From Squalus acanthias (lineage: Eukaryota), in assembly GCA_030390025.1 (NCBI GenBank), contig CM059432.1, positions 120,468,001 through 120,532,000 on the forward strand: a DNA stretch of 64,000 nucleotides. The letters run 5' to 3'. Below, one piece after another: positions 50,478 to 61,778 of this stretch; positions within the stretch are counted from its first letter, which is position 1; each line of letters starts with the position of its first letter. A program made the translations under genes and the position numbers. The notes beneath the pieces were generated by a model. The model did no database searches. It was not told the origin of the DNA and saw only the letters and a program-made list of their open reading frames with translations.

Positions 50478-52140
50478 TGTAAGGGTTTTGTGTGTGTGAC
50501 ACGCCTGTGGCTCTGTGCTCAGCCTGGGTGCTAGTGCGAGGTTAGGCCTTGTTGCCTGTTCTGGTCTCCAGCCAGTCTGGGAGCACTAGACACCTGTGAG
50601 TGGTTCGACCCACTCGCCCTTACGGTTCTGACACTGGACTTAGATGCGAGAGCAATAATGCAGAGAAAACTCAGGTAGACCCGGTTGAATCGTGCGAAAT
50701 GGAAAATCTTTATTGCATATTATTCAAGATTACGAAATACATGTCATAAGCACAGATTAATGACAGTACAATCTTACACGCAGTTATGTAACTAATTTTA
50801 GGGAAACGAGGAGCGCACGACACATCGTAAAAGGGGGCACACATTACAATTATCCTTAAAACTTAAACCCTCCCCTATCAATACCTGACCTAAACTAGAT
50901 TTGTAGGATCGAGACTCATGCTCACCACTCGTGATAACTCGGAGAATTCCGAAAACTCTGCTCGGATGTTTTTACCGCAGCACCTGACCACCCACGTGTT
51001 GATCAGGGGTCTCTGTACCCCACTTGTTTACTCGTTTCTGCTCCGGCTAGCAGGCTGGACCGTCTGCTGTCATGAAGATCTGTGTTGTCCTCGGAGTTCC
51101 GACACTACTCAAAGAAGAGTCTTCCTGTGCCCTCAGACCGATGCGATAAAATTCGAAGAATGGTCTTCCGATGCCAGTTCTGTAAAACTCAAAGAATAGT
51201 CTTCCTGGGCAAGGAAAATGTTTATTCGACCTACAGGCGCGGTCGGGGCTTACTGACCGTGGCGATACGTATGGTCGTCTTCTTCTCTTCTCATCTCATC
51301 TCATCTCATCTCGGGCCTTCGGTTCCAACACCGTTTACCAACTTCTCGGGATGGTGTGCCCGTTTCAAGGCTTCACAGCCCGGTTCCACACAGATCTTCA
51401 TGGCAAGCCACGAGGTTGATCCTGGCGGATCAGAAAAGTTCGATATTCTTCCAGCAAGTCGAGCAGCAAGAGGCAGATGCAGGAGTCAGAGTCGCAGGCG
51501 AAGAAAGAGAAAGATGGACGGTTGTACCCTTACAGTTATAGTGCTGCATTTCCTCTTTTCCCGCCCAATCTTAATGTCTTTTCTTTTGTTAGGGTTTTGG
51601 CGCTCAAATTTCTTGTATAGGGTGATCTCCGTTTAATGGGTTTCGGTGATACTTGTAACTGCCTGAGTACCCGTTAATACTTCTCCCATTGTGTAACCGG
51701 TCAGTATTCTCCCTGGAGGGCTTTTGGGGCTTCCAAATGTTTCTGTAACTACCCGCAAACGGCTCTCTCATCGTAGAGTCGTGGGGATTTTGCATATTAA
51801 TGTCTTTGGATGGGTTCTTGATCGCTTGGTACAATAGCCCTTATTCGCCCCTGGGAGACCGATTCCAGTATTTATGTGTAAAATGCAAACCCATTATGTC
51901 TTGTGATTATCTCAAATGTGCTGAGTCTTGTCCGATCTCGCACAAATGTTTATTGGAACGCCATCTTGTCTGCTTATCGAAAAGTCTAGAATGTTCTGCC
52001 ACGAGGCGTGGCGGCCATTTTACAGGCTGCTTGTGTCCACTTTGAAAACCTGACAGCATTCTGCTGAAATAAAGCTGGTTGTACGAAACTATGTGTCTCC
52101 TCCTTATTTATAAAATCGCGATAATATTGCGAATTCTACA
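50478..52140 (-). mobile_element. Long solo LTR (1663 bp)
   Basis: Termini TGTAAG...TCTACA; TACC TSD at 50474-50477 and 52141-52144; minus-strand AATAAA at 50709-50714; no gag/pol. Confidence 0.75.
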
Positions 52141-52493
52141 TACCCCAGCTAGACTCGCACCCTCCAAGTGATAAGTGACCTCCCTATTCTTCCTACCAAA
52201 ATGTCATACAGCCTAAACACAGTTCTTATAAAAGGTCACAAGGAAAGAGTTTTGCAGGTATCTATATAGACTGAAAAAGCACAATCATGTGAAAGTCCTT
52301 ACAAATAGCTAGAGAGTATGTGGAGAACATCAATAAAGATGACATATTATTGGAAATTTTTAAATCTCATCAAGTCACTGACCAAGGAAAAGTTTCTGAA
52401 TAGTTGGTAAATCTTTTGTCCTTTATATATAGTCGGTATTTTGGGCATGCTAACATTGTATCCAATAAGTTGCTTCTAAGCTCAAAGATTATG

Positions 52494-54860
52494 GCCTAGA
52501 AATTCAATTGCGCTGCACCCCTTTTGCAGGCATGAAACAGGCGGCTAAGGGTCCAATATGGTGAGCGGCATACTTCCTGTGCTGGAAGTCCGCCACCAGC
52601 CATATTGGATTGGGCGTCCAGGGTCCATGCCGGGAACATGCAAAAACTGCATTATAATATTTAAATAAGGGTCCAACGCTGGTTGCAGGACCCTTTTGTG
52701 AAATTGGTTTGTCCCTAATGCCTGACTCTCCATGTGATAAACTTGCCCAGCAAATCATGGCGTAACAGTCAGGAAGGACCCTGCAGGGGTGTTATTTAAA
52801 GGGGCCATCCCCTTCATATAGGTTAGTTGCTGCTCTGTCCTGTTTGGCTGCTGGTTAACTTCAGAGCCTTTATTTTGGCAATTTTCTTCATTGCAGAGCT
52901 GAATGATGAATTCTGGGCAGAATCTTATGCAGGTTGTCTGCCTTGCAGATAGTTTATTTCCCTCGTGGGTTCTCTGTTGGGGTTGGAGGAGAGGGAGGGG
53001 CAGCAAAGAAGACTGGAGCGAGCAGGAGGAGCTGGGAGAAGAGGGAGGAGGAGGGCATTGTGCAGGAGGCCCTACCCACAACGGGTCTGCAGGCAACACC
53101 TTTTGTACCTGAACCTGGCCAAGGTGCCTGCATTTCACCAGGGAGGCTGTAATAGAGCTCTGTCACCTACTGCAGTCACAACTGGAGCTAGGTCATGGAT
53201 AGCACTCCCTGTGGCTGTCAAGGTCACCGTGGCCCTGAATTTCTATGCCACGGGTCATTCCAGGCTGCAGCAGGTGTCATCAGCAACATCTCACAGTTGG
53301 CTGTATGCTGCTGCATCCAGGAGGTGACCAAGGAGGAACAGCTACATCTCCTTCCCCATGGACCAAGCAAAGCAGGACGAGCGAGCACTAGGTTTTGCAT
53401 GCATTGCAGGCTTCCTGAGGATGCAAATGGCCATAGATTGCACTCACATTGCCCTGCGTGCCACCCGTCAGCAACCTGACATCATCATGAACAGAAAGGA
53501 ATTCCATTCCCTCAACGTGCAGTTTGTTTGCGACCACAGGCAGTAGATAATGCAGGTCTGTGCCTGATTTCCTGCCATTGACCATGATTCATTCATCCTG
53601 CGCCAGTCGTCTGTCCCATTCTATTCCAACAGGCCGTCAGGTTACAGGCTGGCTACTTGGTGACAAAGGATATCCGCTTTAGACATGGCTCATGACCCCT
53701 GTCAGGAAGCCGGGCATACAATGAGAGCCATGCCGCCACCAGAAATCTCATTGAGTCAACCATCAACATGCTCAAACAACAGGTTCCACTGACTGGGCCG
53801 TTTTGAAGGAGCTCTGCATTGCACCCCTTACGGTATCTTTACTTTTGTATGTTGTGCTACATCCTGCATAATTTTTCTATACAGGGGAATCAGTCCTTGG
53901 GCAGGATGAAATGGAGGAGGAGGAGGAGCATCAGGAAGAGCAGGAGCAGCACACCCACCAGTCCCATTAGCTCCTAGAGCTCTCAGAGACCAATTCATAG
54001 AAGAGCGCTTCAACTGAACCATCCCTCCCCTCCACAGTACACCAGCTATTTATATAACCACAATCTTCACAATCACCATCTGAATACCCTACTGCAGTCC
54101 AACTTCATGGGTGTTGCTCACACTTTACTGAACATATTAATATCAACGTCAAGTCTAGAGAAAAAAAGTTTACTATGACAACTCATTTCATATTTGGTAA
54201 TAGTCAACTTGCAAAATTAAGAATTACACTTGTGCAAACCCAGTGTCTGTCTTGTGTGCTTATTAACTCTCCTGGTGCTCCTACAAAGTGGATCCCCAGT
54301 GGCTACAGCTTGGGTGGTTGAAGGCTGCTGAGCTTCCATTGAGGCACTTCAGATGACCATGGTGGGTGACCTTGAGCAGCTCTGGGCCTTGAGGGTCTGG
54401 CTGCAGACTGAAGCATCTCATCATGGATTTGGGAGGCGACAACATGTTCAAAGACTTTGGAGAGGAAAGGGAGGTTCGAGATGGGGTCAAGGCTCTTTTT
54501 TTTTAGAAGGGGGTGATGACGGCAGATTTGATAGGGAGAGGGACAGTATCAGAGGGAAGGGAACCGTTTACAATATAAGCTAGCATGGGGACCAAGAAGG
54601 GAAGTTGGGAGGTCAGTTGGGAGGCAGTTTAGCGGAAATAGGGTCAAGAGAGCAGGAGGTCTTCTCTAGCCTGTCCAGTCAGCACGGCCATGAACCACCC
54701 CTGCCTGTCCTCTCCAGGACAAGCTTCTGAAGTGGTGATAGGATGGGTAGGCAGCCTTGCCCTCCTCTGGTCACCACCTGCTCTCATCTTGTGTGCCATC
54801 TTCTGCTGCAAGAAAGAAGGGAGAGTGTTAGAAGCAGCCTTGTGAGCTGTTTTAAGAATG
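52494..54860. mobile_element. Harbinger element: transposase pseudogene on + (about 52965-54018), Myb remnants on - (about 54250-54810)
   Basis: TIR ggcctagaaatt; ALPVAVKVTVALNFYATG; AIDCTHIALR..NRKEFHSLNVQFVCDH; GDKGYP; QQKMAHKM. Confidence 0.8.
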
Positions 54861-54861
54861 T

Positions 54862-55084
54862 GCCTGGCCAATATTTATCCCTCAACCAACATCAAGCAAC
54901 ACCAAACAGATTATCTAGCCATTTATTTCATTGCTGCTTTGGGGACCTTGCTGTGTGCAAATTGGCTTCCGCATTTCCGACATTACAACAGTGACTAAAT
55001 GCTTCATTGGCTGTAATTTATTTCATTCCTGTTTTGGGATATCCTGAGGTTGTGAAAGGTGCTATTTAAATGTTCTTTCTTTCT
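54862..55084 (+). mobile_element. Deu-domain SINE 3' half
   Basis: cctggccaatatttatccctcaacc..gctgtgtgcaaattggct..gctatttaaatg. Confidence 0.7.
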
Positions 55085-55220
55085 AGTTGAACTCAAGAAT
55101 GAAATCAATCAGATTGAATTCTGTCAGTTGGTATGTGACTCCCTCAAGTGGTGGTCTCATGTTGCTTTGGCATTGTATTTGCAGCAGTATAACTGTCACC
55201 AGTGTTAAAATGTAAAACTT

Positions 55221-55955
55221 GGGGTAAAAATTGGGTAGCACCCTCTTTTGGGCGCTACCTTCGCCGGGGCGCTAATTTTAGCGCCCTGAAAAAGTTAGCA
55301 CCCCCGTGGCCAATTTTCCCAGGTAGCGCCCCGAGAGGGAGGAGGGGCGCTATTGGAAGCGCCCCGCGTCCCTCTTGGGGCGCTGCGAGCCAATATCGCG
55401 GCCCTACGTGCCGCAGCGCATGCACGTCTCGCCGCGGTACTGCAGGCCTTCCTCTGCTTATTAAAGGGGAGGGGCTTGGCGCAGCGCGTCCCGGCGCCCA
55501 GCTGGGCCACCAAGGATCGGGAGAGCCGGCAAACGAGTCCGGCACTCAAGAGGAGTGCCGGGCTCACAGAGAGCAGCCGGCAACCCGCGGGAGGGGCTTC
55601 ACGGGGGCCGGGGACAGCAACGGGGGCAGGTGTTGGCAGGCAGCCAGCAATAAAAATGGCCGCCCGCCACCTCCCCTTTAACTAGCGCTGCCCCAGCCGC
55701 AGGTAGCCCCCCTGACCCTGGCGGACGTAGCGCCTGGCGGTAAGTCGAGGGGCATCACCCAATATTACAGCCAGGGCACGAGCGGGGCGCTGTGCATGGC
55801 GATGACGTCATCGCTGGCGGCGCTAACAGTTAGCGCCACTGCTAACCTCCCACTGAATTTCGCAGGAGGCATTAGCGGCGTCGCACCTGGGCGCTAGTTG
55901 ATTTGCGCCCCATTAGGCGCTAACAGGAGGCACAAATCAACCAAATTTAGCCCCC
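55221..55955. mobile_element. GC/CpG-rich MITE, inverted copy of the 7424-8196 family
   Basis: TIRs ggggtaaaaattgg / ccaaatttagccccc; internal sequence matches the reverse complement of 7424-8196. Confidence 0.85.
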
Positions 55956-57492
55956 AAAATGTTCCCACACGGCCAGTTGGACCAGCTACGGACCTTTGCA
56001 GCTTAAATTTTTAAAAGTTTCCTGTTGCGGATGATCACGTCAACTCTTTACAGACATTAAATTAAAAGGGCATTTGGATACTGGTAAGTGCATGTGGAGA
56101 TCTCTGCTTTCCCTGACCAGGGACTGACGTGATGCCAGTCGCACAACCATGATCTGCCAGTTCGGCGTCACTCTCAGTAGGTGCCAGTCTCATGTTGATA
56201 CTTACAATATAACGCCACCATTAGAACTCAGTGGAGTGGAGTAAGAGGCAAACTGCAGGCAATTTTGTGCAACAACGTTAAGTGGAACTGATTTAAGCAG
56301 CTGCAATTCTTGCAACGTGTGTTATCATTTGTAGGTTTTATTGGGACAAGCCTTGCTTTCTTTCCACAATCTGGAATTGAAAGTAATGGTTGAGTATGCA
56401 GTTCTTGCAGTTCCATCCTGTTGGCACCAATCTTTGATCTAGTTGATCACTCCTAAAGATACCCACTGCACTGTTTTCGACGGCCATGGTTTGATGTCCA
56501 ATCCAATCTGGGTACCTTCACTTTTACTATATGAAGACAAATGGCCCGTATCACATGAAGTCTGACTTGTCTTGTTTGTTTTAGCCTTTGGTCTCTTAAT
56601 CTCTGACATGATGTCACCTGATGCTCAAGTCGTTGCGAACTGTACAGAAGGCTTTTTAGGTCATTTCAATGATGTGTCACTTGATATATGTTAGAACTGC
56701 TGTGATGCAGAGTAGTTGCTTGCTGCTGTCTTGAAGTCGGCACAGGTCATTACAACCTACAGGGAGTCTACCCAAATTCAGGTTTTAAAATGCGTGGCTC
56801 ATTGCAAAATCGTTTCATCTTTCCTAATCATTGAAAGAAATACTAGCTTTTACTATTTAAAAAGATTTACAGTGAAATTCTGAAATATATAATAACTTCA
56901 GACAGTCAGAAAAATTAATACATACTATTCCAACTTATGTAATACAGGGCCCTGATTTTAACTCGGGGCATGAATCGGACGTACGAGGGTAGGGCAGGCG
57001 ACAAGCCCCATGATGCTTTCAGCATGAGGTGCAGGCCATTTTAACTCCAGGGCCTCATTTTAATATAATTGATGGGCTGCCCTCCCGATCCCTTTGCAAA
57101 TTGGGTAGGCTGCCCACATGATGCGTGCAATTTCCAGCGTGACCCTCAAGACCTATTTAAAGCAGGGATGCGCCTCTTAAAGCGAGGTTGCATCCCCGGC
57201 TTGCATTTTCATTTGATAATTCTTGACCACAGTTTGCCTACAAAGATGAGTCAAAGGGCCAAGTGGAAAAAGAGGGCAATGGGGGAGTAACTGATCCCAA
57301 AAGAACACATAAACGTCCCCATGGCCACAATAAAACTGGCCTGGACAGAGGTGGCTGAAAGGGTCAGTGGCACCAGCATTACCTCTCGGGCCTGGATTCA
57401 ATGTAGAAACAAGTTCAATGACCTCTTCATCTTACCACTCTCAGCAATTGCCTCCCCTATATCACATCCTTCAGTGTACAAAAGCATAATAC

Positions 57493-57733
57493 TGTTGAGG
57501 CTGCCGCGAAACACGAATTAAGGCTGAATCCATGTGTGTTAAACAAGAGACTTTTTAATCAACTGCATGGCACCAAATGGCTGAACCGAATGCTCCCAGA
57601 ATTCTCTGGAAAAATCCTGAGGCCCCGCCCACTCCTGCCTGAAAAGGTAAGGTGCCTTAAAGGGAAGGTGCATCGATATATTGTCCACGGACGGAAAAGT
57701 GGATAATGCCCATTTAGGTGGCGATCCGCCACA
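57493..57733 (-). repeat. 3' LTR of the Gypsy element (241 bp)
   Basis: Direct repeat of 61539-61778; by eye about 6 substitutions and 1 indel. Confidence 0.95.
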
Positions 57734-57753
57734 CAGCTCCCTCCAGAATCTGC

Positions 57754-60700
57754 TTAGGAGGTGTGGACGAGACGGTGCGGCGGTCTGATGGGCCGGCCGG
57801 AGCGGCTCTTGTAGGACGCCGGTGGACGAGCTACAGGGACCTGCTCACCGGGCTCCGAGTGTGCTGGCTTGAGTCGGTCAACCGACACTTTTTCGGTCCT
57901 GTCGCCCACTTGCAGGGTGAAACATTTGTCCCCAGCCTGTAGCACCTTGTAGGGCCCGTCGACCGGGGGTTGAAGGGGTCCGCGGTGGGTGTCGTGCCGG
58001 ACGAAAACAAACCGTGCCTGGTGCAGGCTTAGTGGGACGTGTGAGGTGGGTTCGCCGTGTCGGGCAATGGGCACCGGGGCGAACTGCAGCGCCGGTGAGG
58101 TGAAGTCGTGGCGTTGCTGGTCGGCTGACCAGGGTGTCGTGGCGGTGGGCAGGAACTCGCCGGGTACGCGCAGCAGCTGACCGTACACGAGCTCTGCTGC
58201 CGATGTGTGGAGGTCTTCTTTAACCGCGGTGCACAAGCCGAGGAGGACCCACGGAAGTCGGTCAGTCCAGGCGCCGTCCTGGAGGCTGGCTCGAAGAGAT
58301 GCCTTCAAGGATCTGTGGAACCGCTCACACAGTCCGTTGGCTTGGGGGTGGTACACTGTGGTGCGGTGAATGGTCACCCCGAGATTGTGTGCGACGGCGT
58401 TCCAGAGTTCAGAGGTAAATTGCGGACCTCTGTCCGACGTCATGTCGGAGGGGACGCCGAACCGTGCGACCCAGGTGCTGACGAAGGCTCTGGCGATGTC
58501 GGCGGTGGTGGTAGAGGTCATTGGAATTACCTCAGGCCAGCGTGTGGTGCGGTCAACGATGGTCAGCAAGTGCGTGTGGCCTTGCGACGGCGGCAGGAGC
58601 CCGACGATGTCCACATGGATGTGGTCGAATCTCCACGAGGGGACGGTAAACTCCTCGAGGGGTGCTTTCGTGTGTTGCTGTACCTTGGCCCGTTGGCAGG
58701 CTAGGCAGGAGTTGGCCCAATTAAGCACATCCTTGCGAAGGCCGCGCCAGACGAAGCGGTTGGCTACCAATTTGATGGATGTGCGGGCGCCGGGGTGGGA
58801 GAGGTTGTGGAGAATGTTGAATACCCGGCGGTGCCAGGACGCTGGGACGACAGGCCGAGGTTGACATAGGGATATGTCGCACTTGACCGTGACTGCGGAC
58901 GGGCCACAGGCGACGTCGGCCAGGCGTAGCCCTGGTAGGTTGGTGGGTGCGGAGAGCAGATCAGGGTCGGTGATCTGGTCTGCTGCGAGTTGAGCGTAGT
59001 CGACTGCCAGGTGTGCGGCGTGGATGGCGGGGCGGGAGAGGCAGTCGGCTACCACATTGTCTCGGCCGGAGACGTGTTGGATGTCCGTGGTGAACTCGGA
59101 CACTGCCGCGAGCTGGCGCTGCTGCCTGGCGGACCAGGGGTCGGTTGTCTTTGCCATTGCGAATGTCAGGGGCTTGTGGTCGACAAACGCAGTGAAGGGC
59201 TGGCCCTCAAGCAAAAACCGGAAATGGCGGACCGCCAGGAACAGCGCGAGGAGCTCGCGGTCGAAGGTGCTGTACTTGACCTCCGGGGGGCGTAGTTGGC
59301 GGCTGAAGAAGGCAAGTGGTTGCCAGGCGCCGTCGACCCACTGCTCATACACGGCGCCGACCGCGTGGTCAGAGGCGTCCGTGGTGAGCGCTACCCTGGC
59401 ATTGGGCCGTGGGTGCGCGAGCAGGGTGGCATTGGCGAGCGCGGTCTTGGTGGAGTCGAAGGTGGTGGACGCGTCTGCCGTCCATTCGACCACCATCTTG
59501 CCGCTCCTGCCCCGGAGGGCTTCATACAGGGGCCTAATGAGGGACGCCGCTTTGTGGATGAAGCGGTTATAGAAATTCACCATCCCGAGGAACTCCTGGA
59601 GGCCTTTGATGGTGGTGGGGCGGGGAAATTGTTGGACGGCCTGCACCTTGGTGGGCAGGGGAATGGCCCCAGCATGGGTGATGTGGTGGCCGAGGAAGTC
59701 GATCTTGTCCAGACGAACTGGCATTCGGCTGGGCTGAGGATGAGCCCGTGGTCGCTGAGGCACCCGAACAGGATGCGAAGGTGTTCGAGGTGTTCCTGCT
59801 TGGAGGAACTGGCTACCAGGATGTTGTCCAGGTAGACGAACAGGAACTTCAGGTCCCGAAGTACCGAGTCCATGAGCCGTTGGAATGCCTGGGCTGCGTT
59901 TTTGAGGCCGAAGGGCATCCGCAGGAACTCGAACAGGCCGAAGGGGGTGATTACGGCCGTCTTGGGGAAGTCCGCGGGGTGGACGGGGACTTGGTGGTAG
60001 CCGCGCACCAGGTCGACCTTGGAAAAGACTGAGCTGGCCGGCCAGTCTAGCCGAGAAGTCCTGAATGTGCGGCACGGGGTTCCAATCAGGGGTGGTGGCG
60101 TCGTTGAGGCGGCAGTAATCCCCGCAGGGGCGCCAACCTCCGCCTGGTTTGGGGGCGATGTGGAGTGGGGAGGCCCAGGGACTGTTGGAGCGGCGGATGA
60201 TGCCGAGCTGTTCCATGGTGGCAAACTCGGTCCGCGCGATCTCCAGTTTGGTCGGGTCCAGCCTGCGGGCGTGGGCGTACACTGGGGGGCCTGTGGTGGG
60301 GATGAAGTGTTCCACCCCGTGTTTGGCGGCCTCCGCAGAGAAGGTCAGATTGGTAAGGGCCGGGAATTCGGCCAGGAGTGCCGAGTAGTCGTCCGTGGCC
60401 CGGGCGTGGCACTGTGACGCCATGTCGGCGGGTTGACGGGGGGCCATGGCGCCCAGGATGGGGCACATGGTGTTCATGTCCACGAGGCGGTGACGGGGGA
60501 TGTCTACAAGTAGGCCGTGGGCGCACAGGAAATCTGTGCCGATGAGAGGGGAGAGCACCTTGGCAGTGATGAACTCCCATCGGTAGCAGTGACCAGCGAG
60601 GTCGAGGGTGACTGTCCGGGTGCCATACGTCCGGATTTCCGAGCCGTTAGCAGCAGCCAGCGCCTGGTCCTCGTTCGCCCTTTTGGATGTCGAGGGAGGA

Positions 60701-61498
60701 GGCCGGGATGATGCTGTGCTGAGCCCCAGTGTCGCACAGGAACCGGCGGCTGGTTTTGTCATCTGTGATGAACAGCAGGGAGCCCGCGTGGCCCATGGCC
60801 ATTGCGGGGGCTGGTACGGGGGCGGACTTGAAAGAGCAGGGAGGTGTGCACCGTTGTGCCCTGGCGCCGAACCGTGCGTGGTAGTAACAGTGGCCCGGGT
60901 TAGTGGGGCGTGAAGGCCCCGTGGGCCTGGTGGCAGGCCCTTGTGGCCGCGTGGTGTCCGGTGAGGGGCGCGCCCAGGCATTGGCTGCCAGGTCCGGAGT
61001 GACGTCGCGGTTGGAGTGAGCGGACAGCAGCTTGTCGGCCTCATCGGCCAGGGCTTCCAGGTTCGTGAGGCCGGATGACACGATCACTGGGCGGATGCTG
61101 AGAGGGAGCTGGCGGATGAACAGCGTGCGGAAGAGGGATCCGGGTGGGCTCTCGTCGGTGAGGGAGAGCATGTGGGAGAGGAGGTCTGATGGTGAGGCAT
61201 CACCGAGGCCTGGAAGGTCGAGGAGGTGGCAGTTTCGCTGATATGACGAGGCCGTAAATTTTTTAAGGAGCGCTGTCTTGAGATGTGCGTACTTGCCATC
61301 CTCTGGTGGGTTCTGCAGCGTTGTCCAAACCTTTGAAACTGTGGCGCTACCGAGTGATGTGATGAGATAGTCGTACTTCGTCCCATCTGTGGTGATGCGT
61401 TGCAGCCGGAAGCGCGATTCAGCTTGGAGAAACCAGGCTTCGGGCTGGTTTTCCCTAAACTCCGGCAGTTTCACGGAAACTGTGTTCGTGTCCGCCAT
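57754..61498 (-). pseudogene. gag-pol polyprotein, about three frameshifts; RT motif reads YLDN
   Basis: Gag VKLPEF..PEAWF and CYYHARFGARAQRCTPPC; PR FLCDTGAQ; RT SPWASP, FSKVDLVRGYHQ, MPFGLKNA; RH LTTDAS, DRELLA; IN H..SH..CLAC, HVDIVG, SDRGPQF, NGLCER. Confidence 0.92.
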
Positions 61499-61523
61499 TA
61501 CAGTGCTCGGAATACGTTTTGAG

Positions 61524-61537
61524 CGTCGGGGTCACCA
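61524..61537 (-). promoter_or_regulatory. Primer-binding site complementary to tRNA-Trp
   Basis: Minus strand TGGTGACCCCGACG, 1 nt inside the 5' LTR, matches the 3' end of tRNA-Trp (CGTCGGGGTCACCA). Confidence 0.85.
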
Positions 61538-61538
61538 A

Positions 61539-61778
61539 TGTTGAGGCTGCCGCAAAACACGAATTAAGGCTGAATCCATGTGTGTTAAACAAGAGACTTT
61601 TTAATCAACTGCATGGCACCAAATGGCTGAACCAAATGCTCCCAGAATTCTCTGGAAAAATCATGAGGCCCCGCCCACTCCTGCCTTAAAGGTAAGGTGC
61701 CTTAAAGGGAAGGTGCATCAATATATTGTCCACGGACGGAAAAGTGGATAATGCCCGTTTAGGTGGCGATCCGCCACA
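61539..61778 (-). repeat. 5' LTR of the Gypsy element (240 bp)
   Basis: Direct repeat of 57493-57733; adjacent to the PBS. Confidence 0.95.

Larger units (their letters stand above)
49510..52205 (-). mobile_element. CR1 3' portion interrupted by a PLE fragment and a long solo LTR
   Basis: Tail acataggattacatagg..ggccattcggccc; sequence is continuous across both insertions once the TSDs are removed. Confidence 0.8.
57493..61778 (-). mobile_element. Complete Ty3/Gypsy LTR retrotransposon, CsRN1-like clade (4286 bp)
   Basis: Two TG..CA LTRs; ATAC TSD at 57489-57492 and 61779-61782; tRNA-Trp PBS; gag-PR-RT-RH-IN order. Confidence 0.95.

Noticed and set aside
51082..51636. 184-aa ORF inside the long solo LTR as a viral accessory gene
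   Set aside because: Antisense to the inferred LTR orientation, non-ATG start, no recognisable motif.
60647..60720. Programmed gag-pol frameshift
   Set aside because: The frame change falls inside the protease, after the DTGA motif, and further shifts occur in RT, so decay or sequence error is more likely.
57989..61241. Long + strand ORFs overlapping the Gypsy element
   Set aside because: Antisense shadows of a GC-rich pol gene.
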